Below, piece after piece: positions 1-12,789 of a DNA stretch of 64,000 nt. A program made the position numbers and the translations under genes. How positions within the stretch are numbered: position 1 is the stretch's first letter; the number at the start of each line of letters is the position of its first letter. The notes beneath the pieces are model-generated. The model was not told the origin of the DNA. It saw only the letters and a list, made by a program, of their open reading frames with translations, and searched no databases. Origin of the DNA: Eledone cirrhosa (taxonomy: Eukaryota); assembly GCA_964016885.1 (NCBI GenBank), contig OZ024742.1, positions 132,246,001 to 132,310,000 of the forward strand, written 5' to 3'.

Positions 1-94
1 TGGATGTTATTTTATGTGTGGATGTGTATGATTTGAGTTGTATGTGTGCATGTGTATATGCTTTGTATCTGTACATGTGTATATGCAGTTATTA

Positions 95-3000
95 GATGCA
101 ACATTTTTGGAATGTTTTACATATTATTACTGTTCCATTAATGGATTGTATTTGTAATTTCCTAACTAGTTGTGTTCTTTCTGTTCCTGTGAAGCCTAGC
201 TTCTCAAGTTTTGTATTGAGGCAGTTACTAACATACCTCAGTGCCTCAACAATCACAGGCATAAATCTGAAGGTTTAATCAGTGTGGAGTATCTGCAGAT
301 TTCTCATCAGTTCTGCATAAATATTCTCCTTTTCGTTAATTTTCGCTAATTTCCACTACTGGGCATGCTTTCTTCTCCCTGTCCCATATCATAATATCTG
401 GTCTGTTATGCCTGCATTTTATTGGGGTTTTACTGGAACATTCCACCATTACTCTTCCAAATTATGTACGTGGATGTCTTCTACATTGCTGTAGTTTTAA
501 TCTGTTTATTATCGGGGCTATATTTTTTACGAATTGCATTGTACAGTGTTTTGGTAACTCATAGGTAGACAGTAACGCGATGACATCTTCGGACAGCTGC
601 TGATGACATGGGTGATATCCTCGATGTTAGCTCTGCAGAGTCTGCACTTGTTATCACATCTAGGTGTTTTGACTGCATCCCTATCTCTTTTGTGAATCAG
701 GTATTTCGTGTTAATCTTCTGTTCTTGGACTGCAAAAGCGTATCCTTCAAAGTGGGAGCCAATATAGCGGTTGTTGGTCCAAGATAGACTACTTTCCTTA
801 TCTATATTACTCTCACTCTGGAGCTTCCTGGCAACATATACATGCATGATTTTTTGCTGATAAGCATGCAGTTTTTCATCCATGGATTCACTGCGATACT
901 GCTGAGCGACATCCCTGGGTGTGAGTTTTTGATTATCACACAGGGAATATCTCTCGAGATGTTCCTTCCCAACTCTCATGATCTTATCTGTTTCATGCAG
1001 ATAGACTTGCTCGAGGAACGGACTCCTACGCTTCGAGGTTCGTAGATTTTGTCGGAGGGACATTCAAATGCTGTCTGGACTAATGTTAGGCATCTGCCTC
1101 CCTGCTTATGTTTCAAGAAAACGCGGCCTATGTCACTGTTGATGTGGAAGTTTCCGGTGTCGTTTGTATTTTTAGAGTTTGAATATCAACTGTCGGATTT
1201 CGTCTATCGTCCAATTGAGTATTCCAAACGTTTGTGTTAGGACAGGCACAGCAAACACATTGTGAGCCACTGTTTTGTTTTTAGCAGAGAGTTCCGATGA
1301 GCAAATCTTTTTTAATCGGGTGTAGTATTCCTGGTTACGCGTTCCTTATTACAGATACCATTATAGGATATGTTCTTATCTATTCCCAGGTATATGTAGC
1401 AGTCCTCATCAGATATCGGTGAAACAGTTAGGCCATTGATGACAATGTTGCTTGATCGGGTTGTTGATTTTACCCGCTTTAAAGTTTATGAGCATTTATC
1501 TTGGCCAAACTCCATTCCTATAACCTTTGAGAACGTTGTAACCAGGTCAATATTTTTCTTCATCCCATCCAAGTTCTTGGCATAGCGATTCAGATCGTCC
1601 ACAAAGAAATGATGGGTTAGGTTCGTATTTCTCTACTCCTGTGAGCCAATTATGTAACCCTCACATTTCTTGTGCAGAAAGGACAAGGGGTTTAATGACA
1701 AGATGAATAATATCACAGAGAGACTGTCCCCGTGAAATATACCCTTGCGATATTTTATTTTATCAGTGACAATAGAGTCCTCCCTCTGTGTCTTTAACCT
1801 TAGGATAGTAGCCCAAGAAGAAGAGAACCTCTCTATGGCTCTGACAATAATGCCTGGGACTTTAGCAAGTTGGAGGGCTTCTATCATCCAAGAGTGGGGA
1901 ACAGAATCGAAAGCTTTCCTCTACTCCAGCCAGACTGTAGCCATATTCCTCCTAAGTTGTCGCACCTCCGACATCGCAATTTTGTTGATTAGGAGTTGTT
2001 CAGCACATCCCCAAACCCGTTTCTTTCCAGCTGCTTGTTCATCTGTAATGATGTTATTATTTTCACCAGTGATCTTGGAGGAATAGGTTCAGGTTGGATG
2101 TATACATCAGGTTCTGGCATGCAATGGGTCGGTAGTTTTTTGCCAAGAGGGTGTCTTTGTTCTTGAGGACCAGTAATATTTGTGCTAATGTCAACCATTC
2201 TGGTATAAGTGTATGTCCCTTAAGAACTTGTTGGTAGAGGTCAGTTAGATACCTCCGATAGAATATCAGTTTTTTGTACCAGTAGCCGACAATCATGTCT
2301 CTTCCTGGTGTTTTCTTATCTTGGAGTTTTCCTATCACAGTCTCAAGGGTACCCTCACTTATTTCGTATGTTTTTGTTATAGTGTAGGAGTAATAGTTCT
2401 TTCGGATTTCTCTTGGCCACACTGCATCTTGGTTGAAATTCTACTTTTCAGCCCATATGTTTCTCCAAAAAGAATCTATGTCTTTCTGGGATGGGATCTC
2501 AGTGACACTTATTAATTTGTTCTTCATATCTCTATAGACCGATGTTTGGTTTCGTCTGAATCTTTTATTAAGCACTTTTCTCTCATCTACCTTCTTCAGG
2601 TATCGGCGTTTTTTGCTAACAGCTCTCAATTCTTTGTTTGAGGGTGATCAGCTTATATTGAAGAGATCTGGTTCTACTGTTACCAAACATCGTCTCTATT
2701 TTATTTTTCGCAATTTGTTGGTGAGGAGTGAGGTTTTTTGTGTTTGTTTGCATGTAAGGAGCAATTACACATTCCGTATGGTTTTACGCAGATTTGCAAT
2801 CTTTTTTTCTATTTTAGTTATATATGATGTTATTTTTGCTGGTGTTCTGTTCTTATTAATATCTCTGCTATCACCAAGATAATGCTTGACTGTCGTTGCT
2901 AAGGCATATAAACAGGCGTTGTTTGCCAAAACGTTGGGGTTTTTATCCGTCGTAAATATTCATTCCCTATTTCGTCAATAACACGTAATATTTAATTATT

Positions 3001-3700
3001 TGTTTTTTTATTAAAAATTGTCGTTTTAATACGTTCAGAAAGAGAGATATTTATAAATGAATAAATTTGTCTCTTGAAGATTTCGTTGAGGGAAATTTTC
3101 AATTGTTTATACTTTTGATTATTGTCATTATCGATAGTATTTTCCACAAAAGTCGAGGTAGAGTCGGATGGTACACGTGGTGTAAAATTTCTTCGATTAT
3201 TATTATTATCGATAGTGTTTTCCCCAGCGTTCGTGGTAGACTTAGATGGTACAGGTGGTGTCAAGTTTCTTACAGGCTTAGTTGTTTTAAGGCGCTGTTC
3301 GACGCGGCTGCTAGGAAGTCTAGTAGTATGGCGACCTGTAGCAGGTGCTGTTAATCCCATGTTTGTTGTGGGGGACTTACAATTAATAATATTTATCTTA
3401 TTTTTATATTCAACAACCGTCGCTTGTTGGCATAATTGTTTGGCTGTGAAATAATTTAGCTCTGGCTGCATTTCGTCCCGGTGTAGCTTCATTCTCTTCA
3501 TATAGCCAATGGAGGGATTGTTTTTTGCCATTATATAACAATTAAATAAATCATTATTAAGTACGCAACTCCAAGAGAAATGCTATTTTTAATTTAGGTG
3601 TTCTTCTGTAGCTACAACTGAATAAAGTTTGTTTACCTTTCTTGTTTTTTGTCTTCGTTACTTCCTTAATTTTGTTGTTGATGTTGTGTTCAGCCATTCT
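95..3700 (-). mobile_element. Decayed non-LTR retrotransposon, R4/Dong-like (RT + CCHC + restriction-like endonuclease)
   Basis: Frameshifted ORF pieces in order: GYMKRMKLH N-terminus (3531), KTPGRDMIVGYWYKK, NYRPIAC, KAFDSVPH, GIFHGDSLS, HHFFVDDL (about 1591-1620), CRLC..EDITHVISSC, RHNRPDI (about 390-412) and a PVIVEAL..KLQIQSI C-terminus. Confidence 0.9.
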
Positions 3701-3899
3701 GTTTGTAGCAAATCCTTGTAAAATGAATTATGTATTTAGTCGGATATCTCTTCGAATTCTAATAAAAGGTGTCTTCAGAAGATATAGTTGGAAGAATAAC
3801 CAGTTATTCAACATGACTGTAGTTGTGGCATTACTGTCGGAGATAGTATTCATAGTCTCCCACGCCAAAATATGCGACTGATTGCGTTGACTGTATACG

Positions 3900-3903
<4 letters not shown>

Positions 3904-3931
<28 letters not shown>

Positions 3932-4020
3932 TGTATGTATGTATGTATGTATGTATGTATGTATGTATGTATGTATGTATGTATGTACGTACGTATGTAC
4001 GTACGTACGTATGTATGTAC
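3904..4020 (+). repeat. (TATG)n microsatellite
   Basis: Directly visible tandem repeat. Confidence 0.97.
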
Positions 4021-4136
4021 ATGAACTCCAACCACAGCCGGCTATTCCCAGTGAATGTTTTGGTTGCCAACTCTATGCAAGACATTTTAGATCATTGGCT
4101 GGGCTAAAAAGCCACATTCGATCGCAGCACTGTTAA
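4021..4136 (+). mobile_element. Short LINE 3'-end fragment with a degenerate C2H2-like motif (RTE-type C-terminus)
   Basis: Translates as CQLYARHFRSLAGLKSHIRSQHC*, resembling the CxxC..F.S..GL.SH.R tail of RTE-clade ORFs. Confidence 0.5.
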
Positions 4137-4166
4137 TAGTTATCGCGTGTGTGTGTGTATATATAT

Positions 4167-4167
4167 A

Positions 4168-4219
<52 letters not shown>

Positions 4220-4270
4220 GTGGTTGTTATTATTGTCATTATTATTATTGTTTTTATTACTATTATTTTT
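4167..4270 (+). repeat. (TAT)n microsatellite
   Basis: Directly visible. Confidence 0.95.
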
Positions 4271-5216
4271 ATTTCGTGCAATAGCCATACTCGATAACGA
4301 GAGGGGAGCCATCATATATGGATGTATGTAGGCAAAACGTAAAGAGAAGTAACAAAGTAAACTACACCATATATTGCTGAAATATATTAGTTTAACGCTT
4401 GATATAGTAGGAAAAGAGTCTCAACTTGTCGAGTTAGTTCTTTATCAGAAGATAGAATGAAAAATTAAGATGCAATAGAAAGACAGAGTGTAAGAAGAGA
4501 ATGGAATGGAAAACAGCTGAGGTATTAAAAAGGTTTACAAAGGGAGGTAATCATTGTATAATTTAAGTATATATGAATGTGCGTGTGTGTGTGCTTGCGT
4601 GTGTAGGTTTGTTCGTTTGTTTGTGCAAAGGTTTTAAGGGTGTTGGAGTGTGACGGGACTGGCTGTTGCGAATGTTGAGGTGTGACTGAGCGTGCGGGCA
4701 TAAACTGACCATCCAAAATAGGTATAATTATGTGTATGAAAACTTAAGTGGCTGTGAAACCGTGATGTAAACTGAGACTGAGACAGTGAGGTGTTGTGTA
4801 AAGTGGTGTGACGAGTGACAGAGGTATATTTTCCAAGTCGTATGTTCTCAGGTGTTTGAAGAAGGGGTACGCTAGATGACGGTCTGATTGTCCGATGTCA
4901 ATGACCTCAAAGAAACCTCGGGAGACTACATAGGCAAGTATATATCAATATGTATTTATGTATGTATTTTTGTATGTATGTATTTATGCATGTATGCATG
5001 TGTGCATCTATGTATGTATATGTGTATGTGAGTGCGTATTTCCTTGAAATTTGTTCAGAAAATACCATCACCATACTTTTCAAAGTGTGATTCTCATTAC
5101 AACACACGAGATATCATTACACATAAAGCGGATTTATTAGTGTAAATCTAAGTTACAAAAATCAAATGTTACATGTGCTCACACACAGAAATATACATTC
5201 GAAAATACTTGCATAA

Positions 5217-5287
<71 letters not shown>

Positions 5288-5794
5288 TAAATATATACTT
5301 AGATAATTTCTGTGTTTATCACAACAGTCCTCAGTAAAATATAATAAATGTATACATTAGCAAATACGAGAATTAATTTAGACAGATAACTGTGAATGGG
5401 TCTGGTTGAGAGGTTACTGTAGAGGAAAAGCACAGTATCAACAAAACGAAAACATCTTATATATTTGATAAACCTTCGCCATGATATTTTCATGGAAAAT
5501 TAGAAAATATAATCATGAGCTGTCGTCGAAATCAGCTGTTATTTGTCATCAAAGTTTCTCATTAACAAAGCTGACATCTTTACAGTGGTTTAAGATATTA
5601 GATTCTAAACAATAATAAGTGGTTGAAAGTAAATTGGGGAGCTTAAGAGATTCTTTTTTGTTGGTGTTAGATTTCTTTACAACTTCTCAACGTCTCCCCC
5701 GAAGGCAAGAGAACAGAAGAAATACATTTTGAACATTTCAGTCATATACACACATACACAAGCATATATATATGTATGCGTGTGTGTGTGTTTC

Positions 5795-5826
<32 letters not shown>

Positions 5827-5906
5827 AACATATATATGTACATATACACAGAAAAAAACACACAAAATAAATTTTGAACATCAAAGTCATAAATATACAC
5901 ACATAC

Positions 5907-5950
<44 letters not shown>

Positions 5951-5958
<8 letters not shown>

Positions 5959-6570
5959 GAGGTAAAATAAGAAAATTATAAAAATTAACTTACTTACTAA
6001 AGGTATGCATCTGTATATATATGTTAGTAGACTTACTAATTCTTTATAATTATCTCCAAATTATTTTGTTGAGCCAAAATTGGCCAAAACTGCTACTATA
6101 GTTTATAGTAACGTTTCGGCTGCTGTCTTCTTAACAAACCACTCCTTACTGATTAACCTCGATGTCACGTGATTGATTCTTTTGAATTTGCCACCGACGC
6201 AGTAGGCAGTGATTTTTTCAATGGCTTGGAACTTAGTCCACGCTTTGCTTTTTTCCATCCACTGAATTATTTTTGTATAAGTTTCCTGTGTTCACGCATT
6301 GCCTGGAAACTTAGCTGAGAATAGACTTCTCTGATGACGAAAGGCTTCTGCGTATGTTTCTTCGGAAACTATGTTTATTCCCTTTCAGAAACTAATTAGT
6401 TGGAGTGAAATTTTAGTAAGTAAGTTAATTTTTATAATTTTCTTATTTTACGTCTTTCATATTGTTCTGCATCCCATGCATTGAAGCACAAAGTTACTAA
6501 GACAAAACCTATATATTTGCTGGCATAGGTATGCATCTGTATATATATGTTAGTAGATATACTAATTCTT

Positions 6571-6571
<1 letters not shown>
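5951..6571 (+). mobile_element. Non-coding HHR mini-element A (retrozyme-like or PLE terminal-repeat-like), unit about 526 bp
   Basis: Direct repeat 6001-6045 / 6527-6571. 5951-6000 is an inverted copy of 6413-6462. Internal HHR. Flanked by (TA)n on both sides. Confidence 0.75.
6324..6406 (+). ncRNA. Type I hammerhead ribozyme (partly degenerate)
   Basis: CTGATGA 6331-6337; stem II GAAAGG/CCTTTC with an inner GTTTC-TTCG-GAAAC hairpin; GAAA 6388-6391; palindromic stem III ACTAATTAGT; GUU site at 6401. Stem I is weak and there is a C-A mismatch at the base of stem II. Confidence 0.7.
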
Positions 6572-6600
<29 letters not shown>

Positions 6601-6603
<3 letters not shown>

Positions 6604-7368
6604 TATAGCCTGGTTTAATTGGTTTTTGTGTGGTTGATTATGCTAATTGTGAGAGGAAAGTGAGTATATATCTTATTAAATGATTCTGAGAACATAATTT
6701 ATAGTATATTTCTCTGATTATTTAATTTATTAATTCATCATTGAGCCACATCATGAATGGTTGCCAAAATCATATCTATGACTTTGTCTAGTTTGTGTAT
6801 ATGTAAATCTTTATATTTGATAATCTCCCATTAGGTTGAGATGCAATTTGGGCAATATTAGGCTGCGCTTTCTAGCAACCATCCTGCTAGCCGTAAGGCA
6901 CCAATCACATTCTTTCTGACTTGACCACTGCGACGTCACAGTTCTTAGTCATTTTGAATTCGTTTCTGGCGGGGATCATTTAAGAAAAATCTTTGTCCAA
7001 GTGAGTTTGTTTCCTGATGAGTTCGAAGTTGGAGTATTTATCCTTGATAGGATATTTCCGAAAGCGAACGAAACCCTAAGGGTAGAAAAGCAATCCTGGT
7101 ATGTGTATAAGCATTTTGTCTTCTAACTTTAATTGTATACCTAATTGTGTATGGTTGACGATATATTTAATCGGTAAATATTCGGTAAATATTCTATGGC
7201 TGTTGCTCGCGAATAAATGGCTATCGTTTATTTATCTATTATTTCTCCACAGGTGCCTTTTAATCTTATAGCCTGGTTTAATTGTTTTTTTGTGTGGTTA
7301 ATTATGTTAATTGGGAGAGGAAATTGAGTATATACCTTATCAGATGATTCTAAAGACATAATTTATAG

Positions 7369-7372
<4 letters not shown>
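6601..7372 (+). mobile_element. Non-coding HHR mini-element B, unit about 663 bp
   Basis: About 108-bp imperfect direct repeats 6601-6708 / 7264-7372. Internal HHR. (TA)n on both sides. Confidence 0.78.
7010..7088 (+). ncRNA. Type I hammerhead ribozyme (intact core)
   Basis: TTTC-CTGATGA(7014-7020)-GTTCG...CGAAC-GAAA(7070-7073)-CCC TAA GGG-TA-GAAA. All three stems pair and the GUA cleavage triplet ends at 7084. Confidence 0.88.
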
Positions 7373-7418
<46 letters not shown>

Positions 7419-8121
7419 GATCCGAAGGCATGGTATACATTTCCAATTGTTTTAATCTCAACACGTTTAAATAAGAGATAGATCGATCGTGCGGCCATGA
7501 TCGATTATCACTGAGCGCGTCAGGTGAAAATGAATTGTCTTCAAATACGTGATATGAGGGAGAACATTTAACGATGTTCACTCACTACATTTTTGTCGCC
7601 CATAGGAAGATTAAGCAGCCAAAGTACGCCCACTGCTATCGTCCTCAGTTAGGCTCATAAAACTATAAAGTCTCTATCTCTCAATAGCTGTAAAAGACGC
7701 TAGGCGTGTCTAATCTCAACATCAAATCTTTAGAATCACAGTCGGTCAGAGTTAGTGTGATGGAGTACACACGCATTCACACACACCGACGCGAGGTCGA
7801 ACAAAAAAAAATATATATACCAACATAGTATTCACCGAAAGTTAGTTTACAAAACAACAAATGTTATATTGGTTAAATCAGAATTTGACGATGTAAATTT
7901 GAGAAATTGGATCAACCCCAACCTTATACACACGCAAGTAAATTCAGTTCAATGGTCTGCTATACGTGTATCGATTGAATTGTAAATAGTGTATGTTTTG
8001 GTATATACACATCCGCATCGTCTAAAAAAATGTATGTGTTGGTATATACACATCCATGTGAAGAGCAAGTGGTCAGCTCATATCGAACTCTGTATGTGCC
8101 GTTGCCCCATTGAGAATCTGT

Positions 8122-8563
8122 GGTTTTTCCCCTTGCTTCTGCTGGACATCACCAGAGGCCGTCAGCCCACCCGGTGTTAGCATAGCTACGGCTTTCTAAA
8201 ACCGTATTTCTTTGGAGATACGAAATATTTATTCATATTGTATAAAGCTATGCTTGAAGCGAAATCCTATTTCTTTTTTATTATAAGTTGAGCCAACTTA
8301 TGCAGCTTCATACGCAAATGAGATTGATTACCTCATTTACACAGACGAGAAAACTATATATTCTCGCCTGTCTTCTAGTCCTGCAGTCGCAAGCGGTGGG
8401 AGGGACCGTCCTGACGAAGGCCAGTTAAGCCTGAAATGCATAGACGGTTGTTCCCCTTGCTTCTGCTGGACATCACCAAAGAGCGTTAGCCCCCCCCCCC
8501 CCCCCCCCAGGATGTTTGGGTAGCTACGGCTTCCTAAAACAGTATTTCTTTGGAGATACGAAA

Positions 8564-8570
<7 letters not shown>
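8122..8570 (+). mobile_element. Non-coding HHR mini-element C, unit about 324 bp
   Basis: Imperfect direct repeats 8122-8232 / 8446-8570. HHR immediately before the second repeat. Followed by (TA)n. Confidence 0.78.
8404..8449 (+). ncRNA. Minimal type I hammerhead ribozyme (intact core)
   Basis: ACCGTC-CTGACGA(8411-8417)-AGGC cagttaa GCCT-GAAA-TGCA-TA-GACGGT. Stems I and II are perfect, stem III is the palindrome ATGCAT and cleavage would follow 8442. Confidence 0.9.
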
Positions 8571-8596
<26 letters not shown>

Positions 8597-8599
8597 AAA

Positions 8600-8658
<59 letters not shown>

Positions 8659-10390
8659 GTATATATGTTTGTACTTATCCATATGTGTAAGTAGGAAAGA
8701 GACAGTTGGAGTCCACCTAAACGACAAGCCTCATATTATTGATTACGTGGAGCGTAAAATTAGAGAACAGATACGGGCTTCGTTCTCAAGTGATATGAAC
8801 GTTGTTGAAGTATTACTTGAGTAACAAAACAAATTCTGATTCTTATATTGAGTGGCTTCCCTGTCACCTACCTGAAATACCCCAATCGGTAGCCATTAGG
8901 CTAGTATTATAATGATTGCTGAACATGAGAGAATTAGCATCCAAAATCTCCTTCGTAATTGCTAAGTATTTATTAAGATGATATCTACGCATCCATGGGA
9001 TTCCGAAAACGATTGCAATATGCTGTCCTTGAGCCTCGTATCATTTAAAATATATTTGCGTTGCTGGGACCATTTGAGAGGAATGAAACTGTGCGGGATA
9101 TCGTAACGTACCTATATATTTCATGAAAACAATGAAAGAATTGTTTATAATAATATATTTAACCCCCTCATTCGGATACACATATATATGGACATATGTA
9201 AGTGTATAATTACGCTAATGTTGAGAGATTTGTTTTGTTCTAGCCATGTCTGGCTATATTTTTCGTCTATGTACCACTTTATAAATGCGTGTATATCTGT
9301 TTTCCCTCATACTTCATGCCAACTTTGCCATTTATTTACTTTGTTATGGTGTTATGAGACTGAACGTTCTTCCACATCAATGAATTGATTATTACCATTA
9401 CTTCAGGAAAACGTGACCGTTTACCCCTTCCTCTCTCATTTTGCACTACTGATATGTCATATTTGGGGAGGGGGGCGTATTCATTTACTTGCTGGCCAAA
9501 CACTTTTTTGCCGAAAGACATCCCATTCATTCTTCCCATAAGCCACACTGTGTTTATACTTCTCAAAGAGTCTAACTTAGCATTTTCTATTTCATTTAAG
9601 ATTGTTCTATTTAACAGTCACATGTTGTTTGTTTATTTAATTTGGAATTGCCATGTTCCTTCAGCTACGTTTAGTACATTCATTTTCTGATCGCTGTTCA
9701 AGCTTTGCTTATTTTTTCGTACGTGTCTGGGTACTGTAACAATTGTCTCATTCATCGCCTTTAAAACTGTCCAAGACAGTATAGATGCTTTCATATACAC
9801 ACCTTTGACGAAAAACGTTAGGTTGGTGCCACATTTATTTAATCCATTTTAGCAGTCATGTTCACACTATATGCAAATGAACATTTACAGCCAATGAAAA
9901 CATAGATTTTAGACTATTTTAATTCAAAAAAAGTGTGTAAATTTATCTGATGACAGAGAAATATCCACAATATCTGGAACACTCACCTTCACTGAGATAG
10001 TTCTGACATGATCTCAGCTGATAAAGAATCATAGCATGACTCTCGAATGTTTATTAAAAATAAATATATCATATATGTTTTCACATACGCAACTATGTTG
10101 AAACACTCTATGTTAGTGCTTCTTCTATTTACCAAATATATTAATGTCCGCATCAAACAGTTATAACATTTCTCGTTAGTTACTTGGGCTTGTGCATTGA
10201 AAACATCAGCCGCGCCTTTAAAATCAAGGTTAATAGAGTTCGATACCAAGAAACATTAAATAATGCATCGTTTGTTGATCCAAGAATGGTACAAGTGTCT
10301 CACGAATCAACTAACGCAGTTTAACATACTTCTGTTTCACACATATTATACAATGTACCACTACAATGCTATTAAGTTTCAGTCGTACAT

Positions 10391-10408
10391 ACAAGAATAC
10401 TAACAAAG

Positions 10409-10504
<96 letters not shown>

Positions 10505-10672
10505 GTGTGTATATATATATATATATGGATATATGCGTGTGTGTGTGTATGGATGGATGCATGCATGATTTATATGTACATATATATTTATATTTGCACA
10601 TTTACCCAAATACATTATTTATACTGTATATGTCATTTCTGAACATGCATACATAGACAAACGTACATAAAA

Positions 10673-10756
<84 letters not shown>

Positions 10757-10771
10757 TACACACATACACAC

Positions 10772-10836
<65 letters not shown>

Positions 10837-10870
10837 TGTGTGTGTGTGTGTGAATGAGTTTGTGTGTCTG
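10391..10870. repeat. Compound (TA)n/(CA)n/(TG)n microsatellite block
   Basis: Directly visible. Confidence 0.95.
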
Positions 10871-11793
10871 TGTATGTAAGAATATTTACCCCAAAACGTT
10901 ATTCGATGTATGTGTGTCATTTCCATATACAAATATGTTAATATTCCTCGGGACGACGACTGGCTTTATCAAATATACTACTTTGTATACAATGGCAACA
11001 TGCAAGAAATATGGTTTGTCTTGTTTACTTTTGTTAGTATTTTTATATATATTTTCGTTTCGTTTTATTTTTTTGCTAGTCTTTTCATCTTTCTGACATA
11101 ATTTTTTTGTATAGTGAACATTTCAGAAATACTGGCAACTGCACAAAAGATATTAGATGTTGGCCTTCCATCTTAGTGGCGAACTGTCGGTATTGTTTAA
11201 TAATTGAATGATTTGATTTATATCCATTGAACAAAAAGAAGTTAACATATAATAATGATAATAATAATAAGAAGAAGAAGAATAGTAAGAATAATAATAT
11301 CAAAAATAATAACGTATATATATTTATCATAGTAATACAGAATATTTATCATAATAAAAAAAAAATTCAATGAGGACAAAGGCAAATGTAGTAAGATTAC
11401 ACATGAGTATACGGCGAAGAAACGTCAAATAAAATGGAAATCTTATTAGATTTGTTGGCGCAAATTTTATACGAAATCCATCAATTTTGTCGTATGTGAC
11501 CGACCTACAAGTTTGAAATGCTTGCATTTTGAACAGACTATATTTATTGTTTGTTTGTCTGTTTGCTTTTAAGATATTTTGGTTTCTTTTAGTACTTTAG
11601 TGATCACTTATGTCTCATTTATTATTTGTTTGGAATTTGGCTTAAGGTATATATATATTTATTTGAAATGTATATATATTAAGCATCTGCTAGCATTGGT
11701 ATTTAATGCCAATCACATGTCGAATACTACGATTGGTATGGGTTAAAATCTATTAGCAATGTCTTGTCTACGAAACATATATACATGTATGGT

Positions 11794-11829
<36 letters not shown>

Positions 11830-12789
11830 TCTGTGTGTGTGTGTGATCTATCATGACAAGATCTGATATCTAGATGGATGAGGTAACTTACGTATGTGTT
11901 ATAGTAATAGACCTAAAACTTCATCGCCTCTAGACTTGTGAGTGTTATTGATTGTTTTATTCACCCTTAAATATCTGTAAATCGATATTCCCTTTAGATC
12001 CTACATAGTCTAAACTGATGTCTACCATAATATAAATGTTTCTGTGCCCCGGAAATTCCAAATGTAGAAATATATCACATATCAATTTTCGAATAAATTT
12101 TGTAACAGCTTTATATTCCAATCTGTATTACAGGAGAGAATATGTATTTCCGTTGAGATATATTTTAGTGAATAAACAAACTTTAGACGATTCGAGCTCT
12201 AACATCAGTAATGTTATAGCCACATGTAATGTGTAACGAATATATTCGTTTCAACTTGATCCTTCTGTGTAGCACCTTGGTCGAGCATTTTCTGTAACAG
12301 ACTTAAGTCAAATAAAGTCTTGATATTGGCATTTTGTGGGCAGGAATTGATCATAGGTCTGTCGTATTCCCAGATTTTTTTGTTCTTTAAATACGTATTC
12401 TATCAGACGCTAGTGCAGAAGGCATTCAAATGTGATATGGCCGCTTTTCTCTCGTTAAATCATTAACAATAACTGAAATGCTCAATCATCCAAATTGTAA
12501 CGTATGTAATTCACTTTTGGGGCTGTACTGTTTCCAAATCTTGGCACAATGCTATATATGGGACAGTAAAAAGTCGAGTGCTGAAGTTAATTATTCCCGT
12601 GAGGAAATTATTATTTGCAACGTATAAGCGTTCCCTTAAACGAGAAAATGAAACTACCAAGTCGACAAGGTGTAGCCGGAATAGTTGGTGCTGTACATTC
12701 TGATAAAGTTGACCTATAATCTAATGAATTCCTGTATTGAGGTTCCATGCTTTCAGTTGTATTATATTATCTGATATCATATGAAAGTG

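Noticed and set aside
4845-4930. TTGAAGA...GAAA-CCTCGG possible hammerhead
   Set aside because: The core is mutated, there are extra bases before GAAA, and there is no UH site or clear stem I.
5298-5570. Minus-strand CTGAGGA and TTGATGA...GAAA motifs
   Set aside because: Stems I and III do not pair in register.
7808-8058. Three copies of tgttggtatatacacatcc-like motifs, one inverted
   Set aside because: Could be transposon subterminal repeats, but no TIR or TSD was found and the motif is low complexity.
9940-9978. CTGATGA-CAGA-GAAA-TAT..ATA-TC
   Set aside because: No stem II and stem I is unpaired; likely chance.
11869-11940. Imperfect hairpin (miRNA-like or HHR-like)
   Set aside because: Pairing is too interrupted and the HHR core is absent.
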